The notes: a model not told the origin generated them from the sequence alone. A DNA stretch of 63,378 nt, filler included, from Sphacelaria rigidula (GCA_964200075.2; 9 parts of 9 records of this genome joined end to end with filler, not necessarily neighbours in it), one strand, 5' to 3'. Counted from the whole stretch's first letter, positions 12,190 to 24,985 are shown. A program made the numbers and translations.

Positions 12190-13620
12190 TTTCGCTATGC
12201 CAGAGTCGCATCTTCTGAGATAGGCAGAAGCCGGTCGCAGAACGTATGGTGTGCAACCCTGCAGTGCGTGCATCGGTACCTGCGGGAATGGGGACAGAGG
12301 AATATATGTCGGCGGCGAATGGATCGACAGACTCGCGAGCAATGCCTTCGTCGATGGGTGTGTATCTCGGTGCCCGCCCTCCGACTAGGTACTCTCACCT
12401 GACGTGTAGGGTGGGTTTGCACGACTCGCACACTTTGCCCTTGCGGCTACCCGCTGCTGGGCGGTCCCGGCCCTCCTCACCCTCGCCGTCGGCCTCCCCA
12501 ACGGATGCGCCGTTCACATCTCCCTCGCCGCCGCCACCCACGAGTTTTAAACGCGCTGTCTTGTCGTTTATCGCGTTCCATTTTTTCCTCCACGTTTCGC
12601 TGAAAGACTTGAGGGTCCCTCTTTGTGTCATCTGCGAACGGCGGTGAGGGCAATATCTCTGGTATGTCAACTATGAACCAAGATACAAAATAAGGGACGG
12701 CCGGCAGTAAGTCTCTGCTTTGTCTCTGGAGTGCAAATGTTTGTGGGCGGTGGTGTTTTACACTCCTGAACCAGTACTACCGGGAAAGATACAGTTGACT
12801 TCCGTGCCTGAGCAGCGAGGCCGGTCACCGATCAGCTCGCGACAGCGAATATATGCCTCAGCTTTCTTAGGATAAAGTCAACTACCGACGGGGAGTAACG
12901 CACCAGCTCAAAGGGCCGTGGAAGTCTTCCCTTGTAAACCGCCTCGAATTCCTTCATGGCTTCGCCTTCCTGTTCTTCAGCCGGCAGGCTTTCTCTTGTC
13001 TCTGATATCGTCTTGTCTACGGACGATATATAGTCCCCCACGAACAGCTGGAAATCTTCCAACCCGTACGTACCGTTTATCATTTTGTACACGCCGCTGT
13101 TCGCAGAAACGGGAATCGAAAACATCAAACGTCGCACCACATTCTGTGACAGGTCGACTAGTGTGCAGTGATACTAACGTACACGGCCGCGCATGCTCAC
13201 GTGGTCTCGATATGGACAGAGCGCTTTACCTCGGGCGGCGACCGGGCTACGGATTAAGGGCACTCACTCCTCAAACCTGTCCGCCCAAGCAAGACGAGGC
13301 ACCACGCTCTCGATTCTCTCCATCAGTTTGTGCGCGATGCGGGCGTTTTTGGTGATCTGATCCCAATCTTTCGGTGTGGGCGTCATCTTGTTCGTCCTCG
13401 AATGTCTGGCGTGGCACGGTCGAAAATCGAGGATGAATGTTGTTTGAGTACCGTCCTTAGGATCTTTCATAAGCATCGCGATATGTTCGACATAAAGAAA
13501 CATCTGCACTCTCCGCCTGTGATGTGTGGCCTCGCTCATCCTCGAAAACAGCCATCTGCAATTCGTGACCTCCGGTGTTCATACGGAATGATATCGTCCT
13601 CCAGTGATTCCGGTACAAAA
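12190..13620 (-). pseudogene. Multi-exon degraded gene with PHD-like zinc finger, inside the GSII intron (probably TE-borne)
   Basis: Apparent exons ~13268-13540+, ~12808-13143, 12399-12670 and 12279-~12190. The intron 12280-12398 (gtgaga...ccgcag) splices in frame to CESC-x9-CTHC-x4-H-x2-C. There is an in-frame stop at 12832 and a phase break at the first intron. Confidence 0.6.
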
Positions 13621-14465
13621 CATTGTTGATCTTATGTTTTATTTGCTACGATGAGTGAGTTCACACATCCCAACCGGAGAATGCTTTTGCATTTTAATTT
13701 AGAAGCCTTTTCGATGTTGATTAATGTTCCCGGGGTTCGTCTTCTACCAAAAATGTATCCTCAATTTTGAAAATAGACTGCTTCGCGCGGAGAGGGGAGG
13801 TGTGTGCAGTTATACCAGGGATAAATTGATTATGACGGTCCATTAACCAGGACACACACCACATGACACGCTCTCGTCATCCTTCGGTGCGGCGAATTAA
13901 TGGAAGATAACTCGAGATTATCACAACGAGCGACTGGATGTACCGGCGGTGCATACCTTACGAGCATATTGACGGTGATCGATTGCGCTGCGGGTTTGGC
14001 GTGTAGANNNNNNNNNNNNNNNNNNNNNNNNNNNNNNNNNNNNNNNNNNNNTTAATTAATTAANNNNNNNNNNNNNNNNNNNNNNNNNNNNNNNNNNNNN
14101 NNNNNNNAGGAGGTTTGGTCGGTGAGGGACATTCTTGTTTTACTTCCCAAGTCCGACACTACCTGGGTGGGGGGCACTCCCACCTTGGTGCCTATCCATA
14201 CATCCGTTGAACATGTCTACCCTCGGGTGGGCATGTCTGACAGGTGGAGCGACTCGAAGCGCTGCACGAAACTAGAAATAGCGAAGTGCATGGGAAAAGG
14301 TTCCTTCCTGTCCTCTGGGGGCAAAAAAAAACAAAAACTTATGTTCTGCTTTTTTGTAGCTGGATCAACTGTTTTGTTGGGTTGCGAAGGTTCCGAGGAT
14401 ATTTGCTGAAAAGAGCGTAAACGATAGTATCATGCATCCACCCCTTTTTTTTTCATTGAATCCTT

Positions 14466-14671
14466 CAAGGGCAGGTCGAGTAGAGTACTCTCAATTGCGG
14501 GGTATTTTGAAAGTCGTACTTCAAGTACACGAATTGGGGGTAGGGTTTCAGGGATCGCTTTCCAGTTTTCTTTTTCGGTATGACTCCTAACACTATACCC
14601 TAATTCGAGTACCTCAAGTACGTCTTTCAAAATACCCCGCAATTGAGTATACTCTACTCGGCCTGCCCTTG
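14466..14671. mobile_element. hAT-like MITE (206 bp, almost entirely palindromic)
   Basis: Inverted arms of ~85-95 bp (CAAGGGCAGGTCGAGTAGAGTA... and ...TACTCTACTCGGCCTGCCCTTG). Degenerate 8-bp flanks GAATCCTT/AAACCCTT match at 6/8. Confidence 0.8.
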
Positions 14672-16269
14672 AAACCCTTTTCTCCCTAGTTTTTGTCCGC
14701 GCATCACCCTGAATGGGCCAACGGCCGATAAAAGACAGTCGCCCCGAAAAGGATGGCGGTACATATTTGGCCCCCTATTCCGCGGAGAAAAAAACGTCAG
14801 AGACAGATAGGAGCTACCGCAGTCGTCGTCGCCATCACTGTAACTTGGTACCAGGTACTTTACCGCCGCGCCCCGGTGGTGTAATGATCCGACTTTCGCC
14901 GGTAGGGTGGGGAGAACAAGGGTTCGATTTCCGATGCGTTGGGTTTTTCTTCGCAGTATCTGATTTCCGCCGTGAAAGGCGTGAGAACGTGAGTAAACAG
15001 AGTAGTTGACTAAGTTTGTTTGGCGTGATTGAGTTGACGCGGTGCGGGAGAGATGGGTTGATCCCTTGAGACCACGGACTCATCCCGAGGAAGGGGAGGG
15101 GTTCAAAGTGCGACAAAAAAATTAATAATGAAAAAACTAGATAGTCCCAGACGTTGGTGAAAGCCTGCTGATCGTATTACACCACATTCCCCATTTTCCT
15201 GCCGTCTGCAGCGACGATACCCCGGAATGCTCCACACAGCTTCCCGGAAAAATCCGAAATGGCGACCCAAACTTCGTCAGTGTGACTTTTTTTTTTCTTC
15301 TCTCCAACTAGTCATCTACATGGTTGTATATATTCAATAGACTTGGCTAGTATCATGAACACCTCCGTTGGGGGGATACGATCTGCACCCCGTAAAAGAC
15401 TTTACCTTTGGCTCAGAGGAAGTATCAATGCACCTGTTGTGACCGCCACTGGATTATAATTCGTAGTGGATATGCTCATGTGCGACAATCGATTGATCGG
15501 ATCGAAATCGGATCGAAATCGAATCAAGTTGAGTCGAGTCAACTTACCTACACCTTGAAGTTTTTCTCCTTTTTTTTTTTTCCTCTCTCTCCTTTTTTCT
15601 TTCTGATTCTGCTTTGCATGCGTATCCATGATTCGCGCGCGCGGCGTTTTCAGGTGATGGTTTCCTCGTCTTTGGGATTGCAAGAGCTCTCGCCCTCGGC
15701 CTCGCTCAACAAGTAAGTCAGTCCACCCGGGGAAACACACTCGCCGGATGTAGAGTACTTCGCATCACCGAATGTCCCGGCTACCGCAGTGCTGCGCCGC
15801 CTTGTCCCGTCGCAGGCTCGGGAGTTTTGTAGCCGGGGGCGATTAGAAATCTTCCGTCGGTATTCTTGTAGATTGCGAGGGTAAAGCTTCCGAAAGTTGT
15901 GTCTCTTTTCGGACGTTTCGTCGACCACTGTCCTCTATCTGGCGTCTCTTGACGCCATTTGTTTCGTTTCTTAAGGTGGGGAGCTATGTTCCAGTACCCT
16001 CATGTTCCACCGCATGTACCCACAAGGACTGGTTGGTTGGTTATCGTGCATTAGCTTATCGACAGGTACCTCCATGTTCCACAGTATGTACCACACTGAT
16101 CGATTTATTCATTGACCAATTGATTGCCTGTCGTGCATCAACTAAATCCAGCGGTGAGCCCGGAACTATTACCACGCGTGATGCGCGTATCATCACCCAC
16201 TGTTGTTAGTGCTACACATCCCGCGGTTATACCTACTACACAAATAAAGCTAGATGAATGAGTGAGCTA

Positions 16270-17389
16270 CAGGCTGGTTCAGATTGAACGCACAAAATTT
16301 ACACCCCGGGGATTCCCGAACGCAATACATGCTCAATTCTTATAAAATCGATATTGCAATGTTCCCCACGAGCAATCCAACAACGTGACTTTTCCCTTTT
16401 TCGAAATTTGGGCTTGGGTGCCAAGCTACAGCTGTCAATGTAGTCTCGGCCAATCAGCGGCCCCCCCCCCCCCAAAAAAAAGTGTAGAGCTAAAAATTCG
16501 ATTTTTTCACCCTGCATGAAGCATAATTTCCACACTTTTTGTACCATGGTAATTTTGGTCTTCCACGGAACCTAAAGAAAAAAACGGTTCTGAAAACGGT
16601 TGTCCTGGCATCGAGTTATACCCAAAAACGTGATATTCCGGCAACGACGACGCCAAATTTCTTGGGAACACAGCATTGGAGACCGTGGAGCCGGCGCCAA
16701 CGGTTTCCTTCATATCTCCCCGAAAAAACATTCAATGACTCTCAAACTTGGCATCTTGGTAGAAATTCACCCTGCAAATGCGAGAAAAAAACCCCGGGAT
16801 GTTCCGATAGGGGAGTGGACCTGCACTGGCTTTCGGGGGTCCCACGGCCTCAAGACCCCAAATAGCCGGTACAGAACCCCCTTTGCAGAACAAAAATACC
16901 ATACGCTTCGGGGTCGTCCAAGGAACATTCGTACCAAGTTTGGTAGTAAAACTCAAAAGACTGACGCGGCAGGGTCGTTTACCGTGACCAAAACATTGAA
17001 AAGCGCCCGAAGTATACTTGAGTCAAGTAATTAGGGGAGGGCGCAGACATTTTTATCCTTCAGCGCGCGTTTTGCAATTTCCTCATGCCGTTTCTCCGAA
17101 TTAGACCATGAAATTTTGCACGCGTGTTCTGAATGTCACTATCTAAAACTCGAAGAGGGGGGGTTTGAATTTTTTTGTCGTGGTGGCCGGTTATTCGGGG
17201 TCCCTGCTGGAGTACTTGACCGAAATCCATTTATCTCGACAGCGAAACCCCAAATCGAAAAACCCCCCTCTTGGAGTTTTAGATACTGCCTTCCAGAATA
17301 TGTGTGCAAAATTTCGTGGTCTGACTCGAAAAAATGGCGTGAGGAATCCTCGGGGTGTAAGTTTTGTGCGTTCAATCTGAACCAGCCTG
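16270..17389. mobile_element. Non-autonomous Tc1/mariner-type element (1120 bp)
   Basis: 47-bp TIRs (CAGGCTGGTTCAGATTGAACGCACAAAA...) with 2 mismatches, TA on both sides, no transposase. Confidence 0.92.
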
Positions 17390-17496
17390 TATATGTTCAA
17401 AGGAATCAGAGCAATCCCCCAAGAGGCCGAAAAACCATCACCGGCCGAAAGCCTAAAACGAAATAATGGAACAATCCGTAGAGGGCGGGGGAAGTA

Positions 17497-19105
17497 CTCA
17501 TTTGTTGCTTGCCTTAGTCGTTTGACCACTGACCACGCATCCCTTTCGAGGCCGGGCACCATTCCTACTCCTAATAGAGACACCTCCAACATTCAGGCGC
17601 TCATTACGTTTCTCCCATACATTACACTAAAACATTTTACACATCTTATCCCCGTACTGCTTCGCCGTCTGTGGTCACCATCTATCTCCTAGTATCGCCT
17701 TCGTTTTCTCCCTACCGCCTAATGCATCAAACGATTCCATGCCAGCTTCGTTCACGTCCCGCATTTCCCCCTTTAGCACGTCCCGTTCCTCCTTGTATAG
17801 TTCACATTCTGCCACTATATGACTTCTCTCTATTACTTTGCCACAGAGGCAATTGCATCCATCTACTTCCTCCTCCTCTCGACTACTGGTATATTTCCTT
17901 CTTCTCTCTGGCAGGTCCAGGTCCCTCATGTCTCTGTTTGTTTTGACTGAGTACATTCCAAACTCTGCTCTCAAAACTGTATTACTCGACGTTTTCGAAC
18001 ATCCAAGTATCTTCTTTGCTGCTGACATCTGTACTGTTTCTTACTTTTTCACCAATTTCACGTTCCCCTCCCATACTTCTCCTGCATATGCTAGCTTTGG
18101 TACGATCACGTTCATCAGGATGCATATCTTAATCCTAGTGTCTAGGTGCGAATCTCTGAGGATCACGACCATTCTTCCTATCTGTGCCTTACCCTTTTCC
18201 ATTACTTTGGTTAGGTGTGCATCCCAAGACCAGTGCTTTGAGATCTCCACGCTAAGGTATGTATAGTGGTCTACAATCGGCAGTTCCTCCTCTCCTCACT
18301 TCCACTTGAACCATACCGGATGTTTCTCATCTTCGTTACAGACGAGAACCGCGCATTCGTCAACGTTCGGTGTCACTCTCCATTTCCTAGTGTATTCTAG
18401 CGCCTTGTCTGTCTGTTTTTGTAATCCTTCTGCTGTTCCTGAAATCCCCACAAAATCACCTGCGAATATCAAACCTGATATCACATCTTCACCCACCTTG
18501 ACTCCTTGATTAGCTGCTTCTATTGCTAGTATCAAGTCGTTAATACATACCTTGAATAAAGTGGGTGATAACGTACATCTTTGTGCAACTCCTTGTAAAA
18601 TATCAAAATAACTCGATATTTCCCCATCTAGCATCATGGCACTTTTGGCACATTTTATCATATTCTTCACCATTCTCCACATCTTTCCTCTGATCCCAGC
18701 TTCCCACAACTTCTTCCACAGCCCATCTCTCCATGCTGTCATAAGCCTTTTACACGCCCAGAAAGAAACCGTACGTTGTCAACCCGGCGTTTTTCCTATC
18801 GTGAATAATCTCACCTAGTGTGTACACATGATCTACGCAACTACGGTTTGGTCTGAAACCTGCTTGTGCCTCGCTGACCTTTTCGTCCTTTTCTAGCACC
18901 GTTCCTACTCTATCGTTCAGAATCTTACAGAATGTTTTCCCTACCGTGCTCAGTAGCGTTATCCCTCTATAGTTCCCTGGGTCAGCCTTGTCTCCTTTTT
19001 CTTAAAGATTGACTACTACTCCTTCTCTCCACCTCTTGCGTGTGTACTCGTTCTCCCATATCCGATTATACAGCATAACCATCATGGTAATCATTCCTTA
19101 CCCAC
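17497..19105 (-). mobile_element. 5'-truncated LINE, reverse transcriptase pseudogene
   Basis: Frameshifted pieces: KGDKADPGNYRGITLLSTVGKTF, QAGFRPNRSCVDH, KAYD, WRDGLWKKLWEAGIRGKMW, QGVAQRCTLSPTLF, LIFAGDFV (the FADD motif), YLSVEI, then a C-terminal C..C..E..H...C. Contains stops. Confidence 0.95.
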
Positions 19106-19761
19106 AATCCATAGAGGGAGGTGTTCCTGTTCTTTGTGGACGTTTGGCTGTCATGGTCTACCGAAAAACAAACGTTATCCGCAACAAAATAAATGATGGG
19201 ACTGTGTACTTGGAAAGATGAACGCGTCGTCGTGACACCTACGGAGAAGTGTTGTAATTTGATATATTTGACGACAGTCTCACCCTGCGTGCTTCCGCGA
19301 ACGGACCGGGCCAAGATTCTTCATGGCCTTGTTGGCCGGCACCATCCCCGGCGGAGCCTGTAGCGGCCTCGTCTCGATCACGCCTACTTATCCTGCCATA
19401 GGCTCCAGGCGCTCGGGATGGCTTGCCTCGGTCAGGGCGTGCAAAATGTGCACCACGCGCTCGTGCCACCTAAAGCGATGGGACCAGTTTGCGAGGGACG
19501 AGGAGGCGGACGGGACGGAGGTTCAACACACCAGCAGCCGACAGTGTATGGAAATGGCTGCATGAACATAGAGCATATAAGTTGCACAAGTGGTGAAGCC
19601 TCTCTTGCTAGATGGCTACGCCTGCTGGTCAAGCTGGTACTGTGGATCTCATTGGCCTTCATCTAGAGTTCCACACAATACCTGTGTAGCTGCCAAAGAT
19701 AAAAGCAAGAAACAGTGAGAAGCGACGGGGAAGCGCAAGGGGGATCGAGAATGCTGGGTAT

Positions 19762-20640
19762 TTGATTGATTGATTGATTATCTCACATTAGCTGATTGCA
19801 ACAATCCAGCCCGTGGTCAGGAGCAGAAAAAATAGAGCAGAATAAAAAATAAAAAATAAAGAAAGAAAGAAAGGAATAGAAAACGACAGAAGCAACGGCC
19901 TCAGAAAGAAAAGAAAGGGGGCAGCGATAACAACAAAAAACATCACCAACAACAAGAGCAATAACAACAAAATAACGACGAACACAACCACAAACGCAAG
20001 CACGAACAACAACCAAAAAAAATGATGATCGCGCATGACGTAGCTGATTGCAACACTCCAGCTCGTGATCAGAAGCAAAAGGGAGAAACATGGAAAAAAA
20101 AGAAAAAAAGAAGAGGGAAAGAAAATAATAGAACGTAAAAAAAGGAATACAATAGACAAGAAGACAGAGCCAGGCTCGTTCCGGCGGCGGCGGGGGGGGA
20201 AGGGGGGGGGGGGGGGGGGAGCACAGACGAAACAAAAAACAGAAAAAAAAATAAGAGAAAACACCAGGAACAAAAGATGAACAAAGCAGAGATGGGGACC
20301 AAATGCAATGCTCTGCGTATCTGGCGTAGGCTATGATGAGTTGCTGTTGGTACTGTCGGTCCCAGGTGCTGTCGGTGCATCTTGGCCTGCAGCTTTCGCG
20401 TGCCGTATCGCTGCCTCTGCGTCATCCTTTTGGCACCATTCCGCCATAAAACTTTCTGCTCCCTGTTCAACACAGCTGTGCCACTCTACTGCATTCAAGG
20501 CCCTGGTAGTCCACCCCTGCCATTCGATACCAAACGCCTTCATGTCTTCCGCTAGGTGGCGGATCCAGTCCTTGTGCCTGCCGTTAAACTTTCTTTCTTG
20601 CCCCTTCACGGCTATAATTTGGGTGTACTGTTTTACCTTC
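19762..20640 (-). mobile_element. 3' end of an RTE-type LINE: ORF C-terminus, T-rich 3' UTR and (AATC)n tail
   Basis: GRHKDWIRHLAEDMKAFGI..WTTRA....W...VEQGAESFMAEW is a typical RTE ORF end. It is followed by a low-complexity UTR with an internal duplication (19788/20040) ending TAATGTGAGAT(AATC)n. Confidence 0.75.
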
Positions 20641-21014
20641 GCTTCTGTCACGCAGCAATCGCATGCATGGATCGTGATCTTCTCCCGCAAGCCGTACCGT
20701 AAATGGACCAACCTCCTCCCACACTAGACGGCGATTGGAGCCCTGGTTCGCTTCACTACTCTTGTAACGACCATACCCTTCACCATGCTAGGGGACCCAA
20801 CTTTTAGCAGACCGCATTTACGGCATAACCTAGGGACCAGGAGACATCAACTCAGGGTGTAAGTACACCTAACATGCTTAGAACGGTACACTCCAAACAT
20901 GAAATATCCAGGGCGGAATTTTGAACACGTTTTATCAGTTGCGGTATGCACAAACACCAACTTCACCTGCGATTTCTCCATGAAAGATGACAGCGAATCG
21001 ACTTACAGCGCGCG

Positions 21015-21060
21015 GGCGGGGGGGGGGGGCGTACCCCTTTGTTGCTTGCCTTAGTCATTT
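21015..21060 (-). repeat. 3' tip of the same LINE family as 17497-19105, followed by a C-run
   Basis: Reverse complement reads GACTAAGGCAAGCAACAAAGGGGTACG then poly(C); cut by the contig end. Confidence 0.8.
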
Positions 21061-21205
21061 NNNNNNNNNNNNNNNNNNNNNNNNNNNNNNNNNNNNNNNN
21101 NNNNTTAATTAATTAANNNNNNNNNNNNNNNNNNNNNNNNNNNNNNNNNNNNNNNNNNNNTGCTCCGCCGCGAAAGGGGCGCGGGGCCAACCGTTAAACC
21201 CCCAC

Positions 21206-21245
21206 GGCAAGCAACACATGAGTACGCCCCCCCCCCCCCCCCCTC
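21206..21245 (+). repeat. LINE 3' tip followed by poly(C)
   Basis: GGCAAGCAACACATGAGTACG followed by a long C-run. Confidence 0.75.
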
Positions 21246-21659
21246 CTTCAACCCCAAAGTGAGGTTTTTGCGGTCTAGGGGGCGGTGGTGCAGCCATTTC
21301 CCGATATGGAGTCCCCTGAAGTAGAGAGTACAGTCGACAGTGAGAAGCGGTCAATTCAATAATTTATCGTTTCAGTTCCGAGGTGGCACTCAACGAGGCC
21401 GGATATATACGCTTCCTGCAGTAGCTTGCCACTGAAGCCCTTGGTATCCCCAAGTAGGATATCGACGTGAAGCTGTGAGCACAAGCCAGTGTCACAGGCA
21501 AAAAACAGCACACACAGAATGAAAAAAGCTCAAGTTGACCCCTTGACCGCGAGGGTAGGTCACCACCTGCTGATTCGGCATTAATGTTGGCTTTACCGTT
21601 AGACTCATCATACTAAAACCAAGTAATTTCCAGACGAATCATCATTTGTCCGACCCTTG

Positions 21660-21880
21660 AAATTTACCGTTACGTTCATCATGTACAAAAATATTAACGT
21701 TACGTTTCGTTACATGCACGTGTAACGTCTAATATAACGTTACGTTGACACGCGTAACGTTCGGATGTAGTGTATCATTATGTGCATGTCGCGGCTCATT
21801 TACCAGTGTTCAGGGCGTTGTAACGTGTCGTGTAACCAAGAGGCCTCACAGACTGGAATACGGTATTCACCGCCCCCGAT
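21660..21880. repeat. GTAACGT/ACGTTAC motif array, likely a DNA-transposon subterminal region
   Basis: Dense palindromic TAACGTTA-type motifs. 21820-21880 is the reverse complement of ~23140-23200. Confidence 0.55.
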
Positions 21881-23449
21881 TCCCGAAAACCTCATTCTGG
21901 GCGAAGGGGGGGGGGGAGGGGGTACCCCATTTTGGAGGGATAGCTACCCCCTTAATCAGATGGGTAATGACGATAGTAGGCACTGTACTGTGCGGCACGT
22001 GCATGAACGGCTTTTCCCGGCTTGTGTACAAGTTGTGTATGCTACGGCTGCACGGCAGGTGGTAGGGGTACGTCGGGCTTTGGTTGAGCAACGTCTTTTT
22101 TGTTGTGTCTATGCTTGTGTTGTCGTCCCATCTGTTCTGGACGCCAGTCTACACATTCCGGTATATATGGGCGCACGAGCCGGGGAGGAAGGCCAACACA
22201 GGAGTTTTTATTTTTCATTTGTTTTAGTTCTTCACCTTCCTCCTGCGGTGCGTCCCTTATTTTTCTTTCATCGGCAGAGGGACTCAGCACTCCCTTTCCC
22301 TTGTCGACCGTGAGGTCGAATTTTATTGGAACATATTATCCCAGCATGGATAAAGAATACAGAACTGTGACCTGTAGGCTACTTTCTTTAGCAACACCAT
22401 ATTTACGAGATTCTCATTTGTCGCTTCTCCCTGTGTTGCTGTGTAGTATGCCGAACTTTAGATATTGTCCTTCGACACAGCTCTTCGGACGCGGGCACTG
22501 CCTAAGCGGGCACCGCGTGATCATCCTTGAATCATCTACAATCGGTTAACACCATGGGAGTACTGTCAGAACATTTTCATGCCGGTTGAAATTATACAGC
22601 CAAGTAGCAGTAGTAGTGTATACCTCTGCGGTCACTCAGCAACACGTACGCCTTGTGGTACACTTTCCTTGATCGACAAACAGAACGCCCTCGGGTTCAC
22701 GTCTCGAGTACGTGGCCCTCTCCAGCATTGCGGCCTCACTACCGCAACACGTACCCCAAAGTCGATTTCCAGCGGTTACCTTGACTCAGAGTCATCATCC
22801 AACACCCAAATTCTCTTCCCTGTTTATGTCTTCACATTGAAAAAAAAACGTTCCGATATCTGCGCGGTACATTCGTACTGGGCATCTGATGCGGACGCCT
22901 TCCGTGGCCACAGGCTAGCAAAAAAACCAAAAAAACAAAATAGACCCAGATTAAAAATCACAAAACACTGCGGCCGCTAGAACAACTGATATGCCCAAAC
23001 TCCTCGGTTTTGGGCTGCTCGGGTTGAGGCCAGCATAGTGGTGGTGAAGGTACCGTTCAATTCCGTGTTCTGGTGAAGAAGCAGGGAGAAACAGGTTTGT
23101 GGACATCATTTTTCGATTTTCCTCATTCTCGACCACCCCTAGGGGGGCGGGGGGGGGTGTAAACCGTTTTCCAGTCTGTAAGGCCCCTTGGTGTAACGCG
23201 TGATGTTACCGTGTACGCGACGCTGATGATCCATCGGCTACTTCTTGTGTATAAAAAAAACTCTATAAAAAAACGCGTTTTCTGATAAATGACCAAAAAC
23301 CAACTTCTTACGTGATCAGAAAAACGCGTTTTTTTATAGGAAAAAAAATGATAACATTTTCCGATAGCCCAAATTTATCAGAAAATCTTGAAAACGCGTT
23401 TGAAATCCCACCGCACGTCAACACACCCTCCAGCCCACGACAGCAGCCA

Positions 23450-24042
23450 TGGTGGCTTGGCTGCAATCACCACTGCTGTCGCTGGTGCTCGCGGGCAGTT
23501 AGCGTGTTGCTTTATTGTCCTTCGCTCGCCAGTATCATGGTGGCCCTTTACGCCATGAGAACAGCACAGGGCAGGGTCGATGACGAGTGCTGTACAAACA
23601 CTCTCTGTGTAGTTTGCACGGACAGTATTGTAGCTCGCAATTCAGGTCTGTGCATGCAGCGTGTTGCGAACAGCACTCGCAATGCAGTACAGACTGCCCA
23701 CGCACCCAAGACTTGTAGAGACAGAACCGCACTGACTGTACACACGAGACCACACTATGAGCAGTGCTACTGCTGTAGTGTCTACAGGGCTTGGGTGCTT
23801 GGGCAGTCTGTACTGTATTCGAGCGCTGTTTGCAACACGCTGCATGCGCAGACCTGAACTGAGCTACAATACTGTGCAACCTACATCAAGAGTGTTTGTA
23901 CAGCACTCGTCATCGACCCTGCCCTGTTCTGTTCTCATGGGGGTAAGGGCCACCACGCTACTGGCGAGCGAAGAACAATAAAGCAACACGCTGACTGCCG
24001 GCGAGCACCAGCGACAGGAGTTGTGATGGCAGCCAAGCCGTC
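23450..24042. repeat. Long hairpin (foldback), ~270-bp arms and ~55-nt loop
   Basis: GCTGGTGCTCGC...GGGCAGGGTCGATGACGAGTGCTGTACAAACACTCT is mirrored by AGAGTGTTTGTACAGCACTCGTCATCGACCCTGCCC...GCGAGCACCAGC. Confidence 0.92.
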
Positions 24043-24689
24043 ACTACAGCCAATGCATACAATACAGTACTGTTGTGTGTACTGTTGTCCGTGCTGTCCT
24101 TTCAGTCGACTACTACCTTGCAGTGAAAAAGCACAACCGTCACTTCTGCAGTCAGTTTGTACAGCAAGGCGTTCTTCGTATTGATCGTCTCGCGTCACGC
24201 AGCCCACCATGTACTGCTCGGGCAATGTATCACAGTCGTACAGTCAATCAGTACGGACCGTACACCACGACACGACAGCAGAGTGCTGCGTCTCTCTCGC
24301 GCGCCCCAGATTTTGGAAGTGTGCCTGCACACCTCATAGAAAACGATGAACACTGCGTTTCCAATTTTGACAGTGCGTCGATCACGTAAGAAGGGCTACA
24401 GTACTTTGAAAAAATATGTGAAAAATCGCGCTGTTGAAAAGCGGCTTTTCTGAAAACGTTTTTTTATACATATGAGGTAGCCTTGAATGTGGTCGAGATG
24501 ATCATGATGTTGTGATGCAGTGCTGCAACGATAACTTGGAATGTGAGGTGTGGTGGGGAGAGCGCGAAATTGCTGCAATAGTAATAGCATCATACCTATA
24601 CCATTGCTATTCAAACTCACTCGTGTTTATTGAAGCAAAATCTTCTGGGACTTTAAAATTAATTGCAAACTTGAAGTTACACCACTTCA

Positions 24690-24985
24690 TGTGACGTATT
24701 CACGACGTTTCATGTAACGTGTATCGTAACATGTAACGTTACGTGCAACGTCTCATGCACGTGTAACGTGTAATAGACGCTACACGTTACATGAAACGTT
24801 TCATATTACGTGATTTGGACGTTTGGGCAATTTAACGTTTGCGTTACGTTACACATGTCACGTTAGAAAATAATCACGTTACGTTCATCACGTGAAAAAA
24901 AAATAACGTTCACGTTGCGTTTCGGCCAAAACGTAACGCAAACGTAACGTGTAACGCTGTGGCACGTGTAACGTGTAAACCCCTG
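24690..24985. repeat. GTAACGT/ACGTTAC motif array ending in a hAT-like CCCTG terminus
   Basis: Many TAACGT motifs, ending GTGTAAACCCCTG; related to 21660-21750. Confidence 0.6.

Noticed and set aside
19783..20280. Hydrophobic Phe-rich membrane-protein-like ORFs
   Set aside because: They come from the low-complexity T-rich 3' UTR of the RTE element.
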